Shown in pieces: positions 42,210-51,291 of a stretch of DNA of 64,000 nucleotides. The first letter of the stretch is position 1, and each line of letters opens with the position of its first letter. The notes beneath the pieces are model-generated. The model saw only the letters and a list, made by a program, of their open reading frames with translations, did not search any database and was not told where the DNA came from. The translations under genes and the position numbers were made by a program. Source of the DNA: an uncultured bacterium (GTDB lineage Bacteria; Babelota; Babeliae; Babelales; JABCYS01); the NCBI GenBank assembly GCA_963705705.1, contig CAVPKK010000005.1, positions 231,363 to 295,362 of the forward strand, in the 5' to 3' direction.

Positions 42210-44037
42210 GCTGTTCTCCATCATCTCTTGGCTGCTGCTGCATAAGTGCAGTTATATGCTCGCCTAAAATTCCTTCATTATAATTTTCCTGTTCGTCCGT
42301 AGGTTGGGCTGCGGGGATTACCGGCCTTAGATTCAAAATATATTCTTGGGTTTCAGCTGGCATGTAATGCACATAGTCTGAAACGCAAGGTGCCAAGACG
42401 GGGAGTAAATATTCATTAACTTGAGCATTAATAAGCGCATCAGTCATTTGATATCTTCGCACGTATTTCTTTAAGCGGGCAAGTAATCTTGGATTTTTTT
42501 CAACATGTGAGAGCATGCCCATGGCGAGTATGTATGGCATAGATTCAGGATGCGAATCAATCGATAGCAATATGCCAAGCTTTTCACCATTGACTGTTTC
42601 TATAGCCATTTTCTTAAATTTTTCCGCTAACCCTGAATCCGCTGCTTGGTGTATTCCATTTCTTGGATCTCTTTTAATGGCCGCCATTTCTTCGCCGATT
42701 ATTTGTAGCATCTCGGACGTTCCTCGCCGAATTGCAGAATCTAGTATCTTTTCTGAGGTAACAACCAAAGGGCTTTTGTTTCCGATATAAAGAGGCGGCT
42801 GACCGGCTTGGACCGTTGCCATTTGCTTACAAACCTGTTGCCACCAGTATTGTTCAGCGATTGTTGCAATATGTATAAGAGCACGAATGAGCTTTCTCGC
42901 AATTTTTGGGTAATTCTCATAATGCGGTTTATTTTTTAAGCCGATGTGTCTGAATAGCACAGCGGCAGCTTTTTGGCATTTTCCCGATGAATTTGCGATC
43001 ATCGAGCAATCAAGAAGCGCATCAAGTGTGCTGAGAGTCCACTGGAGAAACCTTGAATTTACTTGCATTGCAGGTGATTGTGTAATGAGTCGGTGTTTTG
43101 GTTGTGTCTCTAAGATCATGCGATCTAATCTAATTATTAACGCATTGAGCAATGTATCTGCTATTTCATCATGGCCGCTCATTATTTCTCGTGATAATGT
43201 GTCTGTATTAGGAAAGAGATTGAGCAGAATCTTAAGAAATGGATCTTTTCTAATGCTTTCCTGCAGTTTATCCAGTGGCAAGTTGTCTGGAGTTTCTGCC
43301 TTAGATAGATACCGATTGCACGCTAGATCTTTAGTTAAGCGGAATGCCAATGATGTCGCATCGATAAATACTTTTTCAAACAACGGCTCAGCGAGCTTTC
43401 TTCCAAGATGGCGCATTTCGTGCCATTCTGCTGCGGTTAATAACTGTTCGTGATAGAAGCGTAAAAGATTCTGTGCAGTATCGGTTTGTAAATAATGTCG
43501 ATATTGACCGCGTAGATCAGATTTAAATAAGAGATTTATATTTTCACTTGCTAGCGCTAAAATTGTTTGTATATCATGAGCATCAATTGCCTCAAAAAAC
43601 TTTGTCTGTTTACGGTCTTGGACCACCTTTTTGCAAGCAAGAGGCAAGCTGTCTAATCCATTAACGATCTCAAATAATATCGTTGCATCTTCGTCAGATG
43701 TATATTGAGCTTCTTTGGGTGCCTTATGTTCTAGCTTTTCGTCATCATCTTTTGCTTCTTTCTCTTTATTCTCCCCGGTGGTTTCTTGCATTGAAGTAAG
43801 GGATGAGCTTATTGCCGAAGCAATTTGCGGGGCCTGTATTGATAGTGGTACCGGAGTAGCAGTAAATGGTGCAGCAGCCTGCATCGCCAGCTTTGCTTCG
43901 GGGGAGACTATTTCAGGGCCGGGGCGTGACGGAACGCCGAGATTGCGACGAATTTCTTGCAACGTGATTGCCGGCTTACTTGTAGCCATAAGGACGACAG
44001 GAGTTAGTAATATTGAAAGGGCTAATCGCTTAATCAT
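42202..44037 (-). CDS. Array paralog G17 (subfamily I, B-type)
   Basis: Highly similar to G13. Confidence 0.8.
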   Translation of the reverse strand: MIKRLALSILLTPVVLMATSKPAITLQEIRRNLGVPSRPGPEIVSPEAKLAMQAAAPFTATPVPLSIQAPQIASAISSSLTSMQETTGENKEKEAKDDDEKLEHKAPKEAQYTSDEDATILFEIVNGLDSLPLACKKVVQDRKQTKFFEAIDAHDIQTILALASENINLLFKSDLRGQYRHYLQTDTAQNLLRFYHEQLLTAAEWHEMRHLGRKLAEPLFEKVFIDATSLAFRLTKDLACNRYLSKAETPDNLPLDKLQESIRKDPFLKILLNLFPNTDTLSREIMSGHDEIADTLLNALIIRLDRMILETQPKHRLITQSPAMQVNSRFLQWTLSTLDALLDCSMIANSSGKCQKAAAVLFRHIGLKNKPHYENYPKIARKLIRALIHIATIAEQYWWQQVCKQMATVQAGQPPLYIGNKSPLVVTSEKILDSAIRRGTSEMLQIIGEEMAAIKRDPRNGIHQAADSGLAEKFKKMAIETVNGEKLGILLSIDSHPESMPYILAMGMLSHVEKNPRLLARLKKYVRRYQMTDALINAQVNEYLLPVLAPCVSDYVHYMPAETQEYILNLRPVIPAAQPTDEQENYNEGILGEHITALMQQQPRDDGEQHD

Positions 44038-44038
44038 G

Positions 44039-45868
44039 CTATTCTCCATCATTTCTTGATTGCTGGAGCATAAGTGCGGCCATATGTTCGCCTAAAATTC
44101 CTTCATTATCATTTTCCTGTTGCCCTGCAGGTTGCGCTGCTTGGATTGCCGGTCTTAGGTTTAAAATATAGTTTTGGATATCAGCTGGCATATAATGCAC
44201 ATAGTGTGCAACGCAGGGTGCCAATACGGGAAGTAGGTGTCCGCTGGCTTGAGTATTAATAAGTGCATCAGTCTTTTGATATCTTCGGATGTATTTCTTT
44301 AAGCGGGAAAGCAGCCTTGGATTCTTTTCAACACGCGAGAGCATACCCATGGCAAGCATATGCGGAGCAGATTCCGCGTGGGCATTAAGTGATAACAATA
44401 TGCCAAGCTTTTCGCCGTTGACCGCATCACGGGCCATGAGCTCAAATTGGTCATAGTGCCGCGGGTCGGTGGGTTGGTGAACGCCATTTCTTGGATCGCT
44501 TTTAATATCCGCCATTTCTTCAGCGATTATTTGAAATATCTCGATTGATCCGTGCTTCATAGCATAGCGCAATAGAGCTTCTAAGTTTTCAGCCAAGGGA
44601 CTCCGGTTGCGTAAAAAGTCTACGTTGCAGCGCCATGGCTCTTTCGCGTGTATTGCCCACTGCTCGCATTTTTCTGGCCACCAATATTGTTCGGCAATTT
44701 GCGCGACATGTATAAAGGCGCGAACGAGCTTCCGTGCTATTGTTGGGTAATTCTCATACTGTGGGATAGTTTTTAAGCCAATATGGTTGTAGATTTCCGC
44801 AGCGGCTTTTTGGCATTTTTCTGAAGAATGAGCGATGGTGGAATAAACAAGTAAGACGTCAAGTAATTCGCGTAGCCGCGGTAGGTATATTTCATTTACT
44901 TGCGTCGCTCGAGGCCTGGAAGAAAAACCGATTGGTTCTGTGTCTAAAATCAAGGCATCTAGTTCAGTTATTAATGTATTGAGTAGCGCATCAACTACTT
45001 CAACATGACCACTGATTATGGCTTGTGATAAAGCATCACTCGCAGCCAGCAGGGATCGCAGATCAATAAGATTAAGATGCTCATTTACGCGTAGTTCATC
45101 CCATGTGATCTCATCTGAGACCGCGTATATTTTTCGGTTTTTATTCGATACGTCTTTAGTTAAAACAAATGCCAATGATTTTGCATCGATTAGATTATCC
45201 TCATGCCAAGGCATTTGTTGGAGCCTGTCTCCAGTAAGACCTATTTCTTGCCAGCACCATTTAGGCGCTGGTTTTTCTGATGACAAGTTTTGGTGATATA
45301 TCTGTAAAATCCGTTGCGCTGGATTGGATCTTAAATGATCACGATATTTTCTCCGGTGATCAATTTGGAAGATAAGATTTATATCTTCTTTCGCCATTGC
45401 GGAAATTAGTTGTGTATCATGGGCATCAATAGCTTCGAAAAATCTACTTACGATGCCAGCTTGAACTGCTTTTTTATAAGTATCTACCCTATAGTCCTGT
45501 AACCGGTTCATCACTTCAAACAATATTTTTGCATCTTCATCTGATGTATATAGCTTGGGCTCTTTGCCTTCATCGGCTTTTTCTTTCTGCTCTTCATGCT
45601 CAACATTGCCTTCTTGCTGTGCTGTCAGGGATGAGCTTACGGTTAGGGTATTTTGTGGGGCTTGAATCGATAACGGTACCGGAGTAGCCGTAAATGGTGC
45701 CGTTGCCTCTATCGCCAGTTCTACCGCGGCGAAGAATTCTTCGGAGCCGGGGCGTAATGGAATGCCATGGTCGCGGCGAATTTCCTGTAATGTGATCGCC
45801 GGCTTACTCGTAGCCAGAAGTGCGATTGGGGAAAGTAGTAATAAAATACGCGCTAGTTGCTTAATCAT
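44039..45868 (-). CDS. Array paralog G18 (subfamily I, A-type)
   Basis: Family motifs; shares identical tract with G14. Confidence 0.8.
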   Translation of the reverse strand: MIKQLARILLLLSPIALLATSKPAITLQEIRRDHGIPLRPGSEEFFAAVELAIEATAPFTATPVPLSIQAPQNTLTVSSSLTAQQEGNVEHEEQKEKADEGKEPKLYTSDEDAKILFEVMNRLQDYRVDTYKKAVQAGIVSRFFEAIDAHDTQLISAMAKEDINLIFQIDHRRKYRDHLRSNPAQRILQIYHQNLSSEKPAPKWCWQEIGLTGDRLQQMPWHEDNLIDAKSLAFVLTKDVSNKNRKIYAVSDEITWDELRVNEHLNLIDLRSLLAASDALSQAIISGHVEVVDALLNTLITELDALILDTEPIGFSSRPRATQVNEIYLPRLRELLDVLLVYSTIAHSSEKCQKAAAEIYNHIGLKTIPQYENYPTIARKLVRAFIHVAQIAEQYWWPEKCEQWAIHAKEPWRCNVDFLRNRSPLAENLEALLRYAMKHGSIEIFQIIAEEMADIKSDPRNGVHQPTDPRHYDQFELMARDAVNGEKLGILLSLNAHAESAPHMLAMGMLSRVEKNPRLLSRLKKYIRRYQKTDALINTQASGHLLPVLAPCVAHYVHYMPADIQNYILNLRPAIQAAQPAGQQENDNEGILGEHMAALMLQQSRNDGE

Positions 45869-45909
45869 CGGTGTCTCCATTTGAATCTATCGAATATCTT
45901 GTTGGTTAA

Positions 45910-47649
45910 TTAATCTTTCTGTTCATTCTCATCTTGGGTTGTCGGTCGCAAATTCAAAATATAATCTTCAGTTTCAATCGGCATGCGCGGCAAAGCGTAT
46001 TCTGCTACATATGGTGCCAGCACTGGCAGAAGGTAAGAGTTAACTTCGTTTTGAATGTGCGCATGCGCTGCCCGACATCGGCGGACATATTCTTGTAAAT
46101 TGCTAAGAAGTCTTGGGTTCTTTTCAACATGTGACAGCATACCCATCGCAAGCTGATATGGTATCGATCTTGGGTGAGCATTAACAGAAAGAAGAATACC
46201 AAGTTTTTTGCCATTGATTGATGATAAGGCTGCCGCTTCAAATGATGTAGGTCCATTGGTATTTACTGGTATTTGCCAATTCGCGAACCAATATCCATCT
46301 CTTTGGATATCGGCCGTTTCTTCAGCAATTATTTGCATGATTTCAGCCGATCCGTGAGCCTGTTTTAACAGGTACTGTATACTTGTGGTCATAGGGTTTC
46401 GGGCGGGAAGTGATAAGGCTTCATTACCTGTATTTTGAATCCAATATCGTTCTGCCATTGTCGCAATGTGTAAATGGGCACGAATGAGTTTTTTTGCGAT
46501 TATAGGATAATTTTCGTGATGTATGGTATCCGGTAATCCAAGGTGTTTGAACAATACTGTAGCCGCTTTTTGGCATTCTTCTGAAGATGCAAAAATAGTA
46601 GAGCAGTCCAATAAGGCCCACAAAGGCATTTCGCCTTGATTGAGCATAGAAAATAGTTTGTCGCCTTCTTCGTCTGCATGATTGAAAATAGCATTTACTC
46701 TATTGCGTACTGCATTAAGCAAACACTCAACAATTTCAACACGGCCAGCCATCGATGCCAGAGATAATGCGGTTGGATGACGTGCAATACGATCCAAATG
46801 ATGTGAAAAAGTTCCTAAGGCTTCAGCTAATGGAATCTCATTAGGATCGTTGCTGACATTTGGACGAACACAAGAATCTTGAGTTAAGCCCAAGATTAAG
46901 ATCTTGGCAGGAATCAGTATCTTTGGATTAATTGTACAAGCGGCTCTTTCAAGATTATCAGCAGCTCGACGCATTTCGTTCCAGAGCTTCATAGGTACAG
47001 ATTTTTTTTCTGCTACGGAAAGTGTTTTGTGCCAAAAGCGCAAAAGCTTTTGTGCTGCATCAGTTCTTAGTAGAGGAAGATAGCGTTTGCGCATATCCAG
47101 TGCAAAGAATACAAAAACTATATTTTTACTTGCTAGCTCGGAGATTGTTTTTAGGTCGTTGGCATCGATTGCATCAAAAAATTTGCTCAATAAACGATTT
47201 TGGACCAGCTGTTTACACTCAAGGGATTGGTGTGTCCGGCTTACGCTTCTGACCAGCTCATATAATATTTTTGCATCTTCAGCTGATACATACTCAGTCT
47301 CAGTTTCCTGAAGTTTAGTTCCCTGTTCGAGCTTTTCGTTATTGGGACTATCTTCTTCATCATCCGAGTAATCCATTAAAAAAGATAAAGTTTCGGGTTG
47401 TGCGGGCTGAGGAGGCCGATTGGCTAGAGGTACGGGTGTTACTGCAATGGCCTGAGCTTGCAGTTGTACAATTGGTTGTGCATTTATATTTGGCCGGACC
47501 GTTGCTAGGCTTGGTTGAATAGCCGTTCGTGCCGGCGGTCTAACACCTTGCCGACGCAGCTCTTGTAATGTGAGCGCGGGCTTACTTGTAGGTAAGAGGG
47601 AAATAGGGATAAGTAATATGGTAAGGGCTACGGCTTTAAATACATGCAT
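45910..47649 (-). CDS. Array paralog G19 (subfamily I; first gene in transcription order)
   Basis: GGAGA RBS + MHVFK signal; EDAKILYE; INGKKLGILLSVNAHP. Confidence 0.8.
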   Translation of the reverse strand: MHVFKAVALTILLIPISLLPTSKPALTLQELRRQGVRPPARTAIQPSLATVRPNINAQPIVQLQAQAIAVTPVPLANRPPQPAQPETLSFLMDYSDDEEDSPNNEKLEQGTKLQETETEYVSAEDAKILYELVRSVSRTHQSLECKQLVQNRLLSKFFDAIDANDLKTISELASKNIVFVFFALDMRKRYLPLLRTDAAQKLLRFWHKTLSVAEKKSVPMKLWNEMRRAADNLERAACTINPKILIPAKILILGLTQDSCVRPNVSNDPNEIPLAEALGTFSHHLDRIARHPTALSLASMAGRVEIVECLLNAVRNRVNAIFNHADEEGDKLFSMLNQGEMPLWALLDCSTIFASSEECQKAATVLFKHLGLPDTIHHENYPIIAKKLIRAHLHIATMAERYWIQNTGNEALSLPARNPMTTSIQYLLKQAHGSAEIMQIIAEETADIQRDGYWFANWQIPVNTNGPTSFEAAALSSINGKKLGILLSVNAHPRSIPYQLAMGMLSHVEKNPRLLSNLQEYVRRCRAAHAHIQNEVNSYLLPVLAPYVAEYALPRMPIETEDYILNLRPTTQDENEQKD

Positions 47650-48040
47650 CGATCTCTCCATTTGAAATAATATGACCAGTTTAGTGGGACATAATTTACA
47701 GTCAAAAGGTCGGGGGATCTAAAATGGCCTTTTTGGTGGGCGATATATACCGCCTCAGAGCTCATATTACAGGTTTTTTGCGGGCTCAGCTTTTTTGCAG
47801 AAAATAGGGCCTTTTTATTCTATGTGTGCAATTGGATAGGCAAGAGGTAGCATGAAATGTTACAGGCTGTGCAATATTTGGGCTTTCTCATGCATATTTT
47901 GCCTGGATTTCGGACCTTTTTTTGACGATTTCAACGGCAACCCATCAAATTTCGAATTGGTCGTTTGCCCTTATAACTATACGGCCTCGTTGCTGAAAAG
48001 GCCTCCAATTTGGCCGTTATTTGTGTTTGTTTTTGAGCGC

Positions 48041-48565
48041 CTAGCTTTCAATCAAAAAATGCGTTGTTTTAAACAACTCATAATAAGGGTGTTCGCTCAG
48101 GCACTGCATGAGCCAGATATCCAATTCTGCTGAGTTGAGGGTGTGCGGCTGCGGTCTTTCAGTTGATGGGAGCCCAAATATCAGAAATAGTTGGGCAAGG
48201 AGCTGTTTTTTAAATAGACGTGAGCTGCGGACCGGATTGCTATACAGAGAAGTGAGTAGCGCAAAAATATGGGGCTGTGTTTGGCCCGGCGCGGAGAATT
48301 GCTGCACGATTTCCAGCACATGATGCAAGAAGAGGATATCTTCGCGTGCCCAGGCAAATGGCATATCTAAAATGTTGATGGCATTCGCCCATGGCAATGA
48401 TTGACGTTCTTCCAAATGATAAGCGATCAATGAGCCCGTGCATAAGCGATGTATTGTACTAGCTTGATTCATGACCACAGCTTCAATGCAGCCATGTTGG
48501 TGATCAAGAAGAAGCAATTTTTGTTTGCTGGGATAGAAATTTTTGAGCACAAAGCCCTGATCCAT
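48041..48565 (-). CDS. recO: RecO-like DNA repair protein (short)
   Basis: N-terminal QGFVLK...LLLLDHQHGCIEAV OB-fold pattern and helical QPHIFALL region. Confidence 0.55.
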   Translation of the reverse strand: MDQGFVLKNFYPSKQKLLLLDHQHGCIEAVVMNQASTIHRLCTGSLIAYHLEERQSLPWANAINILDMPFAWAREDILFLHHVLEIVQQFSAPGQTQPHIFALLTSLYSNPVRSSRLFKKQLLAQLFLIFGLPSTERPQPHTLNSAELDIWLMQCLSEHPYYELFKTTHFLIES

Positions 48566-48695
48566 GATAATCCAATATCTTTTTTAATTGATCTCATTCT
48601 ATGGCAAATTAGATATCGAGCAAGCCGAAGTTGCATGGGCGCCTAATTCACTTACACTTGGGTTAATTAAGGTTTAAAAATTAGGTAGAAAAGTC

Positions 48696-48980
48696 ATGAC
48701 CCGGTCGCTGTTTATTGCCATATTTGTGTCGGCACACATTGCATTTGTATTGCTTACGATCCATAAGCAAAATGCTTTTATTCAGCTTTCCTATGATAAG
48801 CAGCGGAAAGAAAAGGCGATTCTTGCACTGCGTGAGCAGAAAAAGCAGCTGACCCAAGAGCGTTATGTTCTCCATTCACATGAGCAGATAAAAAAAGTTG
48901 CGCAGCAGCAACTTAATTTAGAGCCCATAAAAATTTCACAGATTCGCAAAATTGGAACCAACAATGATGCAAGAATGTAG
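48696..48980 (+). CDS. ftsL: Cell division protein FtsL-like
   Basis: TM + coiled coil + IKKVAQQQLNL; overlaps ftsI. Confidence 0.65.
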   Translation: MTRSLFIAIFVSAHIAFVLLTIHKQNAFIQLSYDKQRKEKAILALREQKKQLTQERYVLHSHEQIKKVAQQQLNLEPIKISQIRKIGTNNDARM

Positions 48981-50613
48981 GCTGCGTACCGGTTTTGTAT
49001 TTCTACTCTTCTGCGCACTCTATGGCCTCATTCTGTTCAATTTATACTCAATCCAAATTCGCCAGCGACATTTTTTTAAAGAGCTTGGTTCACGGCAATA
49101 CCATGTAAACATCACCTCGATGCCACCGCGAGCAGAAATTTATGATCGGCATGGCAAAAATCTGGCCATTAATAAGGACCAACTATCCGCTTTCATTTTG
49201 CCTAAAACGTTAAAAAATCCGCAACAGACAAAAAAGTTTTTGAAAAAGAATTTCCCACAGGCATACCAGCGCTTGGTTAAAATTGAAGAGCAGAAAAATA
49301 ATGGCACCCACTTCTTATTTGTAAAACGAAAACTGACTCCTGAGCAAGTGAAGTTAATAAAAGAAAGTGGTCTTGAGGATGTGCAGCTATTGGCTGAACC
49401 AAGCCGGTTTTATCCATTACCAAGTGCTGCTTCAATTATTGGGCTTACTGATATTGATAATCGTGGCCTGTTTGGTATTGAGCTCATGCATAATAAGCAG
49501 CTTTCCGGTACCTCTTCAACCTATCGCATAGAAAAAGACGCGCGTTCTGGTCATTGCTATTTTGCTAAGGAGGCAAAAATAGTAGGTTCCGACGCGGTGC
49601 CAATTCATCTTACTATAGATAGCGATCTCCAATTCCTAGCATATGAGGAGCTCAAACAAACCGTTGATAAGTTTGGCGCGCGCGAAGGTGCCGTTTTGGT
49701 AATGGATCCATCTAATGGTGAAATTATTGTTATGGCGCAGTGCCCAACCGTTGATACCGAGCAAACGCTGAAGGTTGATCAGCATATGGCCAAGAATCGT
49801 ATAGTTGCTGATGTGCACGAACCTGGATCAATCATGAAGGTTTTTTTGGCATTGGCGGCATTGGAAGAAGGGGTAGTGACACCTGCGGAGTTGATCGATT
49901 GCGAAAACAGTAAGTTTGGTTGCATCAATGGCTTCAAATTCGGTACGGTGCATGCCAATGGAGTAATTCCATTCTCAGAAGTAATCGCCGATTCAAATAA
50001 TATTGGGGTTGCCAAGGTGGCTCTCAGGCTTGGACCAAAACTATATGATCATTATCGCAATGTGGGTTTTGGAACAAAGACTGGATTGAACTGGCCTGGC
50101 GAACAACCTGGATTTATAAATCCACCGCAGCGTTGGTCGCGTTCATCGATTTTAGTATTGTCATTCGGCTACGAGGCTACCGCATCGCTTTTGCAATTAG
50201 CCACAGCATTTAGCGTTATCGCCAATGAAGGTTATTTGGTGAAGCCAAAAATTATTAAGGATGAAAAAATATCAAAATCTGCCGAGCCGCTGTATAGCAA
50301 GGATACAATAGACCAAATGGGTGAGATCTTATCACTCAGTGTTGATCATGGAACCGGCAAACACGCTGCTATTAATGGGTATACCATTAAAGGGAAAACT
50401 GGCACTGCAAATCTGGTCGTGAATGGTAAATATTCCTTAAACAATAATATTTATTCATTCCTAGGTATTGTAGAAAAGGGTGATTACAAACGGATTATTG
50501 TTACGTTCCTGAAGGATATTGGTAAAAAAGGAATGTATGCAAGTAATACAGCTGCACCGTTATTTAGCAAAATCGCTGAGAAAGTTTTAATTCATGACAA
50601 GGTGATTGCTTGA
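48964..50613 (+). CDS. ftsI: Class B penicillin-binding protein (FtsI/PBP3)
   Basis: RAEIYDRHG, EPGSIMK (SxxK), SNN (SxN), KTGT motifs. Confidence 0.9.
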   Translation: MMQECRLRTGFVFLLFCALYGLILFNLYSIQIRQRHFFKELGSRQYHVNITSMPPRAEIYDRHGKNLAINKDQLSAFILPKTLKNPQQTKKFLKKNFPQAYQRLVKIEEQKNNGTHFLFVKRKLTPEQVKLIKESGLEDVQLLAEPSRFYPLPSAASIIGLTDIDNRGLFGIELMHNKQLSGTSSTYRIEKDARSGHCYFAKEAKIVGSDAVPIHLTIDSDLQFLAYEELKQTVDKFGAREGAVLVMDPSNGEIIVMAQCPTVDTEQTLKVDQHMAKNRIVADVHEPGSIMKVFLALAALEEGVVTPAELIDCENSKFGCINGFKFGTVHANGVIPFSEVIADSNNIGVAKVALRLGPKLYDHYRNVGFGTKTGLNWPGEQPGFINPPQRWSRSSILVLSFGYEATASLLQLATAFSVIANEGYLVKPKIIKDEKISKSAEPLYSKDTIDQMGEILSLSVDHGTGKHAAINGYTIKGKTGTANLVVNGKYSLNNNIYSFLGIVEKGDYKRIIVTFLKDIGKKGMYASNTAAPLFSKIAEKVLIHDKVIA

Positions 50614-50680
50614 TCATGTTTGAACTCTTTGGGAATTGTTGTAGGTTTGTCATGGATATATCGTTAATGAGGGAATTCCC

Positions 50681-50890
50681 ATGAAGGTCGTTATAAATTT
50701 GTCCGCTGATGAAGCAAAAGAACTCAGCACGTTTAAGAAGAAGCGACATCTAAAAAGTACGGCAGAGGCTTTGAAATTGGCGGCACAGGTTGGTTTTAAA
50801 AAGCTCAAGCGCAAACCCGCCAAACATGATATTAGAAGTTTACTTGGCCTTCTGGAAGTAGACCAAGAGAAACGACATGGCAAGGCATGA
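50681..50890 (+). CDS. Putative VapB-type antitoxin (RHH-like)
   Basis: 69 aa basic protein overlapping PIN toxin gene. Confidence 0.6.
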   Translation: MKVVINLSADEAKELSTFKKKRHLKSTAEALKLAAQVGFKKLKRKPAKHDIRSLLGLLEVDQEKRHGKA

Positions 50891-51281
50891 TGATACTTCA
50901 GCATGTATAGTTTTAGATACATCCGTGCTTCTTGCCGTTGTTTTTAATGAAAAGCATGCGGAGTGGGCAGAGATAAACCTTGCAGCGAATGCTAATAACT
51001 TAAAGATGAGTGTAGTTACACTTTTTGAAGCACTTATTGTAGTACGCAAGCGCCAACCTCATTTGTTGCGCGAGTTCGCTACTCGCTTATTAACTACTCA
51101 TGGTATTGAATTTGTTCCTGTCACGCTTGAGATGAGTATTTTTGCCTCTGCACTTCATGAACAATATCCACTTAATTTCGGTGATTGCTTTGTGCTGGCA
51201 CTGGCGCAGCAATATAAATGTCCCATTATGACTTTGGATTCAGACTTTAAGAAAACTGGCCACGAAATAATAATGCCCTAA
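50877..51281 (+). CDS. vapC: PIN-domain VapC toxin
   Basis: IVLDTSVLLA, LNFGDCF, MTLDSDF. Confidence 0.85.
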   Translation: MARHDDTSACIVLDTSVLLAVVFNEKHAEWAEINLAANANNLKMSVVTLFEALIVVRKRQPHLLREFATRLLTTHGIEFVPVTLEMSIFASALHEQYPLNFGDCFVLALAQQYKCPIMTLDSDFKKTGHEIIMP

Positions 51282-51291
51282 TTAGGATATT

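Noticed and set aside
37774..44416. Diversity-generating retroelement TR/VR pair
   Set aside because: No reverse transcriptase in the window; both copies are coding and flanking differences are not adenine-specific
35420..44487. Recurrent antisense/alternate-frame ORFs repeated in the array
   Set aside because: Shadows of the duplicated minus-strand genes; no RBS or independent coding signal
14762..47649. Integron cassette array or shufflon
   Set aside because: No integrase or invertase in the window, no paired attC R''/R' boxes (TTAGGC is simply Leu-Gly codons), and the genes are paralogs that overlap
47852..48133. 93-aa ORF upstream of the array
   Set aside because: No recognisable features, overlaps the recO 3' end; probably the array's regulatory region
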